From assembly GCA_964515055.1 (NCBI GenBank), contig CAZEUG010000008.1, positions 1,786 through 65,785 on the forward strand: a DNA stretch of 64,000 bases, in the 5' to 3' direction. Made by a program: the position numbers and the translations under genes. This DNA comes from an uncultured Oscillospiraceae bacterium. Lineage in GTDB: Bacteria; Bacillota; Clostridia; Oscillospirales; QAMX01. A model generated the notes under the pieces. That model was not told the origin of the DNA. It worked only from the letters and a program-made list of their open reading frames with translations, and ran no database searches. This document shows positions 46,964 through 56,539 of the stretch, in pieces (positions within the stretch are counted from its first letter, which is position 1; each line of letters begins with the position of its first letter).

Positions 46964-48754
46964 ATGAAGAAAATCATTGCTGATTACCCGGCGATCGGGA
47001 TTCGTCCGATCATTGACGGACGCATGAACGGGATCCGTGAGAGCCTTGAGGATCAGGTAATGAATATGGCGAAAGCCGTCGCCGCCCTGATTACGGAGAA
47101 GCTGCGCTACCCGAACGGTGAACCGGTTCGCTGCGTCATCGCGGACTCCACCATCGGTCGCGTTGCGGAAGCCGCTGCCTGTGAAAAGAAATTCCTTGAA
47201 AACAACGTCGGTGTTTCCATCTCCGTCACTGCCTGCTGGTGCTACGGCACGGAAACCATCGATATGCACCCGACCCGCCCGAAGGCCATCTTCGGCCTCA
47301 ACGGGACAGAGCGCCCGGGCGCTGTCTACCTGGCAGCGGCTCTGGCCGGCCATAACCAGAAGGGTCTTCCGGCGTTCTCTATTTATGGCCACGATGTGCA
47401 GGATGCAACGAGCGCCGGTATCACACCGGATGTCGAAGAAAAACTCCTCCGCTTTGCAAGAGCCGGTCTGGCCGTTGCCATCATGCAGGGCAGAAGCTAC
47501 CTGTCCATGGGCAGCGTCGCCATGGGCATTGCCGGCAGCGTTGTCAATCCGGAATTCTTCTACGATTACCTCGGAATGCGCAACGAGTACATCGACCTGA
47601 GCGAATTTACCCGCAGAATGCAGCTCGGCATCTATGACCATGATGAATATGAAAAAGCGCTGGCCTGGACTCGCGCTCACTGCCCGGAAAGCAAGGACTG
47701 GAATGAACCGGCCAAGATGCATACCCGTGAACAGAAAGACGAAGAGTGGAAGACCTGCGTAAAAATGGCGCTGATTGCCAAAGACCTGATGGAAGGCAAT
47801 CCGAAGCTCAAGGAAATGGGCTTCCCGGAAGAAAGCCTCGGTCACAACGCCATTCTCTCCGGTTTCCAGGGACAGCGTCAGTGGACAGACTTTATGTGCA
47901 ACGGTGACTTCATGGAAGCCATGCTGAACACCAGCTTCGACTGGAACGGCCAGCGCGCACCGTACCTTATCGCAACGGAAAACGATAGCCTGAACGGTGT
48001 TGCCATGCTGTTTGGCTACCTGCTGACCAATACGGCACAGGTCTTCTGCGATGTCCGCTCCTACTGGAGCCCCGACGCCGTCAAGCGCTGCACCGGCAAG
48101 GAACTGTCCGGCCTGTCCGCCAACGGCTTTATCCACATGATCAACTCCGGTGCCGCTGCACTCGACGGCGCAGGCGAATGCACCGATGAAAACGGCAACC
48201 CGGCCATCAAGCCGTACTGGGAAATCACGGACGAAGAAGTCGAAAAGAGCCTGAAGGCCACCACATGGGGCCCGGCCAGCCTCGGCTACTTCCGCGGCGG
48301 CGGCTTCTCTTCCCGCTTCCTCTCCAGAGGCGGTATGCCGCTCACCATGGTTCGCGTGAACATCGTCAAGGGTCTCGGCCCGGTGCTTCAGATCGCAGAA
48401 GGCTACAGCTGCGACCTCGAAGAAGACGTCGCAACCAAAATCTGGGAACGCACCGACCCGACGTGGCCGACCACCTGGTTTGCACCGCGCATCGATGAGT
48501 CCAACCCCGCCTTCAAAGACGTGTACAGCGTCATGGCCAACTGGGGCGCCAACCACTGCTCCCTCTGCTATGGCCATGTCGGCGCAGACTTTATCACACT
48601 GGCTTCCATGCTCCGCATCCCGGTTGCCATGCACAATGTCCCGGAGGACAAACTGTTCCGCCCGAGCACATGGGGTGCATTCGGCACGAAGGACGCCGAG
48701 GGCGCAGATTTCAGAGCCTGCAAGGCCTACGGCCCGCTGTACGGCAAAAACTGA
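46964..48754 (+). CDS. fucI: L-fucose/D-arabinose isomerase
   Basis: [43 protein letters not shown] and WGANH motifs. Alternative ATG at 46955. Confidence 0.95.
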   Translation: MKKIIADYPAIGIRPIIDGRMNGIRESLEDQVMNMAKAVAALITEKLRYPNGEPVRCVIADSTIGRVAEAAACEKKFLENNVGVSISVTACWCYGTETIDMHPTRPKAIFGLNGTERPGAVYLAAALAGHNQKGLPAFSIYGHDVQDATSAGITPDVEEKLLRFARAGLAVAIMQGRSYLSMGSVAMGIAGSVVNPEFFYDYLGMRNEYIDLSEFTRRMQLGIYDHDEYEKALAWTRAHCPESKDWNEPAKMHTREQKDEEWKTCVKMALIAKDLMEGNPKLKEMGFPEESLGHNAILSGFQGQRQWTDFMCNGDFMEAMLNTSFDWNGQRAPYLIATENDSLNGVAMLFGYLLTNTAQVFCDVRSYWSPDAVKRCTGKELSGLSANGFIHMINSGAAALDGAGECTDENGNPAIKPYWEITDEEVEKSLKATTWGPASLGYFRGGGFSSRFLSRGGMPLTMVRVNIVKGLGPVLQIAEGYSCDLEEDVATKIWERTDPTWPTTWFAPRIDESNPAFKDVYSVMANWGANHCSLCYGHVGADFITLASMLRIPVAMHNVPEDKLFRPSTWGAFGTKDAEGADFRACKAYGPLYGKN

Positions 48755-48814
48755 TCAAGACGCGATCGAAAGGAGAACGGCCGCCCGTATGTGCGGGCGG
48801 CCGCTTATAAAACG

Positions 48815-50488
48815 ATGAAATATGCAATCGGTGTCGATTTCGGCACGTTGAGCGGCCGTGCGCTGCTCGTTGAAGTGGAAACCGGCCGCGAAGTCGCAAC
48901 GGCGGCTCGCAACTATACCCATGCCGTCATGGATGAATATATGCCGGACGGCGTCACCAAGCTCCCGCCGGACTGGGCACTGCAACACCCGGCAGATTAT
49001 CTGGAGGTTCTCCGCGAAACGGTGCCGTCCGTGCTGGCACAGTCCGGTGTTTCGCCGGATGACGTCATCGGGATTTCGGTGGATTTCACCTCCTGCACCA
49101 TTCTTCCGATTCTGGCAGACGGTACGCCGCTCTGCTTCCTGGACGATATGAAGGACAACCCGCACGCCTATGTCAAGCTCTGGAAGCATCATGCTGCGCA
49201 GAAATACGCAGACCGCGTCAACGAACTGGCGATCAAAGAAGACCCGGAACGTCTGGCGCGCTACGGCGGCAAGGTCTCTTCCGAATGGCTGCTCCCAAAG
49301 GCCTGGCAGATTCTCGATGAAGCGCCGGACGTGTATGCACGCGCCGACCGCCTGATCGAAGCAGGAGACTGGATTGTGATGCAGCTGACCGGCCGGGAGT
49401 GCCGCAGCGCCTGCGCCGCTGGCTATAAGGCGATGTGGCACAAAGCCGACGGCTATCCGTCGGAAGATTTCCTGACCAAACTCGATCCGCGCCTGACCCA
49501 TCTGGTCGATGAAAAGCTCTCACGTGAGATTCATCCGCTGGGGGAAAAAGCCGGAGATATCAACGCGCATGGCGCGGAGCTCTGCGGCCTGAATGAAGGA
49601 ACGGCCGTCGGCATCTCTGTCATTGACGCACACGTTGCCGCACCGGCAGCCGGCGTCTGTACACCGGGCAAAATGCTGCTGATTATGGGAACGAGCACCT
49701 GCCATATGCTGCTGAGCGACAAGGAACAGATCGTTCCGGGCATGAGCGGCGTCGTGGAAGACGGCATCATCGGCGGCTACTACGGCTACGAGGCCGGACA
49801 GGCCTGCGTCGGTGACCATTTTGACTGGTTCGTCAAGAACCTGGTTCCGGAACAGTATGCGCTGGAAGCGCAGAAGCGCGGAATCTCCATCCACAAGCTG
49901 CTCCGTGAAAAGGTCGCGGCCCAGAAACCGGGCGAAAGCGGTATCCTTGCGCTCGACTGGTGGAACGGCAACCGCTCCATCCTGGTCGATGCCGAGCTGA
50001 GCGGACTGTTTGTCGGCATGACACTGACCACCAAACCGGAAGAGCTGTATCGCGCCCTGATTGAGGCGACGGCCTTCGGTACACGCGTCATCATCGAGGC
50101 ATTCGAACAGAATGGCGTCGCGATTGATGAGCTGATCGCCGCCGGTGGCATCGCGGAGAAGGATCCGATGATGATGCAGATTTACGCGGACGTCACGAAC
50201 CGTGAAATCCGCCTGTGCGGTTCATCACAAGCCTGCGCACTGGGCGCAGCCATGTTCGGCGCAGTGGCCGCCGGTGCAGAGCGCGGCGGATATGACTCCG
50301 TGGCAGAAGCGGCTGAACATATGTCCAGCCTGAAAGACCTGGTTTATCGCCCGAATGCAGAGAATCATGCAACCTATGACCTCCTTTATCAGGAATATCG
50401 CAAACTGCATGACTATTTTGGTCAGGGCGGCAATGATGTCATGAAGCGCCTGCGCGCACTGAAACGTTCCGCGCGGAGCGCCGAGTAA
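48815..50488 (+). CDS. araB: Ribulokinase (AraB-type, FGGY family)
   Basis: [37 protein letters not shown] and LDWWNGNRS motifs. Confidence 0.9.
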   Translation: MKYAIGVDFGTLSGRALLVEVETGREVATAARNYTHAVMDEYMPDGVTKLPPDWALQHPADYLEVLRETVPSVLAQSGVSPDDVIGISVDFTSCTILPILADGTPLCFLDDMKDNPHAYVKLWKHHAAQKYADRVNELAIKEDPERLARYGGKVSSEWLLPKAWQILDEAPDVYARADRLIEAGDWIVMQLTGRECRSACAAGYKAMWHKADGYPSEDFLTKLDPRLTHLVDEKLSREIHPLGEKAGDINAHGAELCGLNEGTAVGISVIDAHVAAPAAGVCTPGKMLLIMGTSTCHMLLSDKEQIVPGMSGVVEDGIIGGYYGYEAGQACVGDHFDWFVKNLVPEQYALEAQKRGISIHKLLREKVAAQKPGESGILALDWWNGNRSILVDAELSGLFVGMTLTTKPEELYRALIEATAFGTRVIIEAFEQNGVAIDELIAAGGIAEKDPMMMQIYADVTNREIRLCGSSQACALGAAMFGAVAAGAERGGYDSVAEAAEHMSSLKDLVYRPNAENHATYDLLYQEYRKLHDYFGQGGNDVMKRLRALKRSARSAE

Positions 50489-50557
50489 ATCGAAACGACA
50501 GCTGCACGCCCCTGACAGCCGGGGCGCGGCGCAGCAAATTTGAAATGAGGGATTCAA

Positions 50558-51430
50558 ATGAGCACATTCCTTCCGTTCCGTGTAGATTTGTCCGGAAAAG
50601 TCGCCGTTGTCACAGGTGGGAGCGGCGTGCTTTGCTCCGGTTTTGCCAAGGCACTGGCTGCCTGCGGCGCATCCGTGGCCGTCATCGGTCGCAACCTTGC
50701 AAAGGCACAGAAAGTGGCTGACGAGATCATCGAAGAAGGCGGAAAAGCCATGGGCATCTCCGCCGATGTCCTTGATAAGGACGCCCTCGCAGCCGCCAGA
50801 GAACAGATTAACAGCACCTTCGGCACCTGCGATATCCTGATCAATGGTGCCGGCGGCAACCATCCGAGCGGCACGACCACCAAGGAATACCTGTTCCCGG
50901 AGGATATGGAACAGATTCGCGCACAGACCAGCGAAATCGTGACCTTCTTTGATCTCGACTTTTCCGGCGTGCAGTCGGTTCTGGATCTGAACTTCCTGGG
51001 TACACTCCTGCCGACTCAGGTGTTTGCAGTCGATATGGCCGAAAAACCGGGCGCAGTCGTCCTGAATGTCTCTTCCATGAACGCATTCCGCCCGCTGACC
51101 AAAATCCCGGCCTATTCCGCAGCTAAAGCGGCAGTTTCCAACTTCACACAGTGGCTGGCCGTTCACTTTGCACCAGTGGGCATCCGCGTCAATGCCATCG
51201 CTCCCGGCTTCTTTGTGACGGAACAGAACCGCACACTCCTGATGAACCCGGACGGCAGCCTGACGCCGCGCTCCGAGAAAATCATCTCCCATACGCCGAT
51301 GAACCGCTTCGGCAAAACGGATGACCTGACTGGCACCCTGCTGTGGCTGGTCGATGAACAGTCCTCCGGCTTCGTCAACGGTGTAGTCGTCCCGGTCGAT
51401 GGCGGCTTCGCGGCCTATTCCGGCGTTTGA
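50558..51430 (+). CDS. SDR oxidoreductase, D-mannonate oxidoreductase (UxuB-like) type
   Basis: TGGSGVLC, NGAGGNHP, LNFLGT.LPTQ.F, SSMNAF.PLTKIPAYSAAK and DGGF.AYSGV motifs. Confidence 0.85.
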   Translation: MSTFLPFRVDLSGKVAVVTGGSGVLCSGFAKALAACGASVAVIGRNLAKAQKVADEIIEEGGKAMGISADVLDKDALAAAREQINSTFGTCDILINGAGGNHPSGTTTKEYLFPEDMEQIRAQTSEIVTFFDLDFSGVQSVLDLNFLGTLLPTQVFAVDMAEKPGAVVLNVSSMNAFRPLTKIPAYSAAKAAVSNFTQWLAVHFAPVGIRVNAIAPGFFVTEQNRTLLMNPDGSLTPRSEKIISHTPMNRFGKTDDLTGTLLWLVDEQSSGFVNGVVVPVDGGFAAYSGV

Positions 51431-51453
51431 TAGACAGGAGGAAGTCCTTATTT

Positions 51454-52533
51454 ATGAAAACAGAACTCCGCAAAGACTGTAAGGTTGCCCTTCTGGTTCC
51501 GACAAGCATGGGCGTCCGCATCACGCCGACCATGCGCCAGCCGGTTCATGTCAGCGATACGTTTACCATGCAGGCCACCAGCGCCGAGTCCAACGTGCTC
51601 AACATCTCCGCATCGCTTGGTCTGCCGACGAAAGCGCTGACGGCTTTTGTCAAGGACAGCCCGATTGCCCTCTTCATTCAAAACGAGCTGAGAAAACGGA
51701 ACATCGCCTTTGAAGGCAAAGAAGTGGAACAGGGCGGCCCGTGGGGCTACCGCCATCAGTTCAATATCGCCGATTCCGGCTATGGCGTCCGCGGCCCGCG
51801 TGTTCAGAATGACCGTGCGGGCGAGGTCGGCCTGACCATCGCAGCCGAAGACTTTGATCTGGAACGGATTTTCGGGGAAGAAGGCGTGGCCATTCTGCAT
51901 ATGAGCGGTCTGTTCGCGGCGCTGAGCCCCTCCACCAGCGCATTCTGCCGCGAGCTGGCAAGAACTGCCAAAAAGTACGGAACCGTGATTTCCTTTGACC
52001 TGAACTACCGTGCTTCCTTCTGGAAAGGCCGTGAACAGGAACTTTCCGAAGCCTTCTCGGAAATCGCTTCGCTGTCCGATATCCTGATCGGCAACGAAGA
52101 AGATTTCCAGCTGGCACTCGGTGTGCCGGGGCCGGAATCCGGCGGAAAAGATATCACCGGCAAAATGGATCGCTTCAAGGAAATGATCCTGAATGTCCGT
52201 GAACGCTATCCGAACGCCTCTGTCTATGCAACCACTCTGCGCCAGGTGATCAATGCAAACAATCACCTCTGGGGTGCAATTCTGCTGGACGAGGACGCGT
52301 GGTATACCGTGGAACCGCGGGAAATCCCAGTGCTCGATCGCATCGGCGGTGGCGACGGCTTTGTCGGCGGCCTGCTCTATGCCATTCTGCGCGGATGGGA
52401 TCCGGAAAAATGGATTCAGTTTGGCTGGGCGAGCGGCGCGCTGGTCACAACCCTCACAACGGATTACGGGACGCCCGCAGATGAGGAAATGATCTGGAGC
52501 ATTTATGAGGGAAATGCCCGCGTCAAACGCTGA
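51454..52533 (+). CDS. PfkB-family sugar(-acid) kinase, KdgK-like
   Basis: AESNV, SFDLNYR..W, GNEED and DRIGGGDGF motifs. Confidence 0.85.
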   Translation: MKTELRKDCKVALLVPTSMGVRITPTMRQPVHVSDTFTMQATSAESNVLNISASLGLPTKALTAFVKDSPIALFIQNELRKRNIAFEGKEVEQGGPWGYRHQFNIADSGYGVRGPRVQNDRAGEVGLTIAAEDFDLERIFGEEGVAILHMSGLFAALSPSTSAFCRELARTAKKYGTVISFDLNYRASFWKGREQELSEAFSEIASLSDILIGNEEDFQLALGVPGPESGGKDITGKMDRFKEMILNVRERYPNASVYATTLRQVINANNHLWGAILLDEDAWYTVEPREIPVLDRIGGGDGFVGGLLYAILRGWDPEKWIQFGWASGALVTTLTTDYGTPADEEMIWSIYEGNARVKR

Positions 52534-52558
52534 ACCCCAAAAAAAGGAGCGGAATCAT

Positions 52559-54010
52559 ATGAAAAAAGCAGATATTGGTCTGATTGGCCTGGCAGTCATG
52601 GGCGAAAACCTTGTGATGAATATGGAATCCAAGGGCTTCACTGTGGCCGTATTCAATCGGACGACTTCGAAAGTCGATGCTTTCATCCAGGGACGTGCAG
52701 CCGGTAAGAAGATCATTGGCACCCATTCGCTGGCCGAACTGGCAGAGCAGCTGGAACGCCCACGCAAGGTGATGATGATGGTCAAAGCCGGCAGCGCAGT
52801 AGACGATATGATCGAACAGCTGCTACCGCATCTGGAACCGGGCGACATCATCATTGACGGCGGCAATTCGCATTTCCCGGATACCATCCGCCGCACCGCT
52901 TATGTCGAGTCCAAGGGTCTGCTCTATGTCGGCACCGGCGTGTCCGGTGGGGAAGAGGGCGCTCTGAAGGGGCCGTCCATGATGCCAGGCGGTTCTCCGG
53001 CTGCATGGCCGTTCGTCAAACCGATTTTCCAGGCGATTTGCGCCCATGTGGAAGACGGTGCCGCCTGCTGCGACTGGGTCGGCGAAAACGGCGCTGGCCA
53101 TTTTGTCAAAATGGTTCACAACGGAATCGAATACGGCGATATGCAGCTCATCTGCGAAGCCTATCAGCTGATGCGTGATCTGCTGGGCATGACGCCGGAC
53201 GAAATGCATGAAGTCTTTGCTGAGTGGAATCAGGGCGAACTGAACAGCTATCTGATCGAAATTACAAGAGACATTCTGGCGTACCAGGACGAAGACGGCG
53301 AACCGATCGTTGACCATATTCTCGATACCGCCGGTCAAAAGGGTACCGGCAAATGGACGGGGATTGCCGCACTGGACGAAGGCGTCCCGCTGACGCTGAT
53401 CGCGGAAAGCGTCTTTGCCCGCTGCCTGTCGGCAATGAAGGAAGAACGCGTCGAGGCTGCCAAAACGTTTGCCCGCAAAAAGCCCGCCTTTACCGGCGAC
53501 CGTAAGGCTTTCGTTGAGGATATTCGCAAGGCGCTGTACGCATCGAAGATCATCTCCTATGCACAGGGCTATACCCTGATGCGCGCAGCCGCCAACACCT
53601 ACGGCTGGAACCTGAATTACGGCGGCATCGCGCTGATGTGGCGCGGCGGCTGTATCATCCGCAGCGTGTTCCTCGGCAAGATCAAGGAAGCGTTCGATGC
53701 GAATCCGGCGCTGACCAACCTGCTACTGGATCCGTATTTCAAGGGCGTGATGGAAACGCTGCTGGATTCCTGGCGCAATGTGGTTGCGGAAGCTGTGAAG
53801 AATGGCGTACCGACACCGGCCTTCGCCGCAGCACTGTCGTATTTTGACGGCTACACCTGTGAACGCCTTCCGGCCAACCTCCTTCAGGCGCAACGGGACT
53901 ATTTCGGTGCCCACACCTATGAACGCCTCGATCATCCGCGTGGCGAGTTCTTCCATACAAACTGGACAGGCCACGGCGGAGATACGGCCGCATCGACCTA
54001 TGTGGTCTGA
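52559..54010 (+). CDS. gndA: 6-phosphogluconate dehydrogenase, NADP-dependent, decarboxylating
   Basis: GLAVMG.NL, VSGGEEGA, KMVHNGIEY, QKGTGKWT and QAQRDYFGAHTY motifs. Confidence 0.96.
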   Translation: MKKADIGLIGLAVMGENLVMNMESKGFTVAVFNRTTSKVDAFIQGRAAGKKIIGTHSLAELAEQLERPRKVMMMVKAGSAVDDMIEQLLPHLEPGDIIIDGGNSHFPDTIRRTAYVESKGLLYVGTGVSGGEEGALKGPSMMPGGSPAAWPFVKPIFQAICAHVEDGAACCDWVGENGAGHFVKMVHNGIEYGDMQLICEAYQLMRDLLGMTPDEMHEVFAEWNQGELNSYLIEITRDILAYQDEDGEPIVDHILDTAGQKGTGKWTGIAALDEGVPLTLIAESVFARCLSAMKEERVEAAKTFARKKPAFTGDRKAFVEDIRKALYASKIISYAQGYTLMRAAANTYGWNLNYGGIALMWRGGCIIRSVFLGKIKEAFDANPALTNLLLDPYFKGVMETLLDSWRNVVAEAVKNGVPTPAFAAALSYFDGYTCERLPANLLQAQRDYFGAHTYERLDHPRGEFFHTNWTGHGGDTAASTYVV

Positions 54011-54045
54011 TGCACGAAGCTGCCACACTGGATTTAATGCATAAC

Positions 54046-54082
54046 AAAAGACGCCATATCCATTTGGATATGGCATCTTTTT
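54046..54082. terminator. Bidirectional terminator between gndA and the CorC-family gene
   Basis: AAAAGACGCCATATCCA-tt-TGGATATGGCATCTTTTT. Confidence 0.8.
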
Positions 54083-54100
54083 GTACAAAAAGATGGGAAA

Positions 54101-55366
54101 CTATTCCTCGACGTCGTCCAAAGCCATCTTGGGCGCAACGTGAACCGACACTGTGTGGACGCGTTTGGCATCTGCCTCCAAAACAGAAATCGTCAGGTTT
54201 TCGTAATCGAAGCTTTCACCGACGACCGGGATATGCCCCAATCGCTCAATCACCCAGCCGCTGACGGTTGAGGAATCCGTCTCCGGGTCAACGCTGACAT
54301 CAAAACGGTCAAACAGATCGACCAAATCGGCGCTGCAAAGCACCTGATAGGTATCGGAATCTCGCTGGACAAACTCTTCAACCACCTGATCGTGTTCATC
54401 CCAGATGTCACCGACAAGCTCCTCTAAAATGTCCTCCATCGTCACCAGACCGACGGTTCCGCCGTATTCGTCTGCGACAAAGGCCATGTGCGCCTTGCTG
54501 CGCTGCAACAGCCGGAGCAGATCACTGGTATTGACGGATTCCGGAATGAAAAGCGGCGGCTTTGTGATCGAAGTCAGCGGCTGACCGTCCCGGAGAACCT
54601 GATTGAAAAAGTCCTTGTAATGAATTACGCCGACAACATCGTCCAGCGTTTCACCGTAAACCGGCAACCTGGAAAACCCGGAACCGGTAAACGCGTCCGC
54701 AATTTCATCGAGGTCGGCGTCTTCCTGTACGGCGATCACGTCCACACGCGGCGTCAGAATATCCGACACCGCACGGTCGTTGAACTCAATGGCGCTGCGA
54801 ATCAATTCGCTTTCCTGCTCATCAATTCCGCCGTCCTGCTCCGCTTCCTCCACAATGGTGATCAGCTCCTGCTCGGTATAGCGCTCCGGTTTCCGAATGG
54901 TGAGAATTTTGGACAGCAGCTTCTTCAACAGGCCAAACAGAAAATTCAGCGGAGCCAGAATGACGGCAATGATGCGGATGATCGGTGCAGAAAACAGCAC
55001 GAAGGAATCCGCAATGTCCTTGGCCAGATTTTTCGGTGTGATTTCCCCGAAAATCAGGACAGCCAGCGTCATGACAATGGTGGAAACTGTGGCGCCAGTG
55101 GCCGGCAGCAAACGCAGGAAAAAGACGGTGGAAACGGTGGAAAGCGTGATGTTGACAATGTTATTGCCAATCAAAATGGTGGAAATCAGCTGATCAAGGT
55201 CTTTGGAAACCTTCAGCGCGACGGCGGCGCGGCGATTTCCGTTTTCCGCAAGCGTCTTCAGGCGGATGCGGTTCATTGTGAGAAATGCGGTCTCTGTTGC
55301 AGAGAAATAGGCTGACATCAGTAAAAGTGCCAGCATGATCAAAACGGTGGCGACGGTACTGCCCAT
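54101..55366 (-). CDS. HlyC/CorC (CNNM/CorB-like; DUF21-CBS-CorC) Mg2+ transport protein
   Basis: FSATETAF, ILIGNNIVN, GEITPK, TPR, SRLPVY, DEYGGTVGLVTMEDILEELVGDIWDE motifs. Confidence 0.93.
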   Translation of the reverse strand: MGSTVATVLIMLALLLMSAYFSATETAFLTMNRIRLKTLAENGNRRAAVALKVSKDLDQLISTILIGNNIVNITLSTVSTVFFLRLLPATGATVSTIVMTLAVLIFGEITPKNLAKDIADSFVLFSAPIIRIIAVILAPLNFLFGLLKKLLSKILTIRKPERYTEQELITIVEEAEQDGGIDEQESELIRSAIEFNDRAVSDILTPRVDVIAVQEDADLDEIADAFTGSGFSRLPVYGETLDDVVGVIHYKDFFNQVLRDGQPLTSITKPPLFIPESVNTSDLLRLLQRSKAHMAFVADEYGGTVGLVTMEDILEELVGDIWDEHDQVVEEFVQRDSDTYQVLCSADLVDLFDRFDVSVDPETDSSTVSGWVIERLGHIPVVGESFDYENLTISVLEADAKRVHTVSVHVAPKMALDDVEE

Positions 55367-55485
55367 CAATCAAAAACCTCCTGAATGAAATGAATTCCTG
55401 TCAATGCACCCGGAACGCTCCGAAAAAAGCGGCGGACACTGCACTCAGGCGGAGGGTGATTGGTGGACAATGGCGGTTCGTCCAT
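55366..55485 (-). CDS. Candidate proline-rich leader peptide (39 aa), MgtL-like
   Basis: AGAAAGGA RBS; MDEPPLSTNHPPPECSVRRFFRSVPGALTGIHFIQEVFD*; its TGA overlaps the ATG of the CorC-family gene. Confidence 0.6.
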   Translation of the reverse strand: MDEPPLSTNHPPPECSVRRFFRSVPGALTGIHFIQEVFD

Positions 55486-55539
55486 GAAAACTAACATCCT
55501 TTCTGTTGGACAGGAAATGCGATTTCTGTCAACACTATC

Positions 55540-55568
55540 ATTATAACATAAAAATCACAGGCTGTCCA
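55540..55568 (-). promoter_or_regulatory. Sigma-A promoter upstream of the leader ORF and CorC-family gene
   Basis: TGGACA-N17-TATAAT with extended TG on the minus strand. Confidence 0.75.
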
Positions 55569-55625
55569 CAAAAGAAAAACGGGAAATCCGGCAAAAACGG
55601 GGTGCAGAACCGCAAAACACCCTTT

Positions 55626-56369
55626 TTATAACGCAGAGATCAAGGAATTCAACGCTTTCCAGCTGTTTACACGGCAAAACGGAGTGCCGCCAGACGAATC
55701 CGGCAGCGCATCCGAACGGATGGCTTCAGGCGCGTCCGGATCCAGCAGAACCGGGTAGAGCCCAACCGAAGCCGCCCCGCAGATATCTGCAGAGAGACTG
55801 TTGCCGACAAACCAGCACCGCGTCGGATCCGCTTTGGCTGTCCGCAACGCCACCTCAAACAGCAGGGGACAGGGCTTGCAGAACACATAATCAGCACTGG
55901 TGATCACAAACTCAAAGGAATGCGCCGGGAGACAATCGGCAATGGCCTGCCGGAGCGCTTCACCGGACATCGTGATGTTGGAGACGACCGATGTGCGGAT
56001 GGCTTTTTCGCGGAGCAGAGCAAGCCCGTCTGCTGCATCTGCCATCGCCGTGTGAACGGCGTTTGCACGGTGAAAGACCATTTCCAGCTCAACTGGCGAC
56101 AACGCCGTGGTGCAGCCTGCACGCGCCAGAACACATCGAAGCATCGGCTGCAGCGGAATTTCCAGATCGATATGATCCGGATGCGTCCAGCGGTCAATGA
56201 TCGAAGCGTCCTCCTGCCAGAGCGACAACAGCGCCTGACAGTCCAGCTCCGCCGAATGCTCGGTGCAGTCCAGCAGCGCCTGCAGACCGTCCGCCGCACA
56301 GTAGTGCCCCTCATCAATCAATGTGCCACCATAATCGAAAAAGACCATATCCGGCCGAAAAAGTTTCAT
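55626..56369 (-). CDS. HAD-family hydrolase
   Basis: FFDYGGTL, VSN, KPCP.LF and FVGNSLSADI motifs. Confidence 0.85.
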   Translation of the reverse strand: MKLFRPDMVFFDYGGTLIDEGHYCAADGLQALLDCTEHSAELDCQALLSLWQEDASIIDRWTHPDHIDLEIPLQPMLRCVLARAGCTTALSPVELEMVFHRANAVHTAMADAADGLALLREKAIRTSVVSNITMSGEALRQAIADCLPAHSFEFVITSADYVFCKPCPLLFEVALRTAKADPTRCWFVGNSLSADICGAASVGLYPVLLDPDAPEAIRSDALPDSSGGTPFCRVNSWKALNSLISAL

Positions 56370-56539
56370 CAGGACAGCTCCATTTCTACAAAAAAATTCA
56401 GATAGCGCTATTTTATCATGAATCCGGACGCCTGTCAAGAAAAGTAACAGATTTTGTAGTTGTATTCCGATTGCAAAGATGATACAATATCGGAAGAAAC
56501 CGCGTGAAGAAAGCGTGGGAACCTGAAGGGATTCATCGT

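Noticed and set aside
46925-48634. 569-aa minus-strand ORF
   Set aside because: Antisense to the well-supported fucI.
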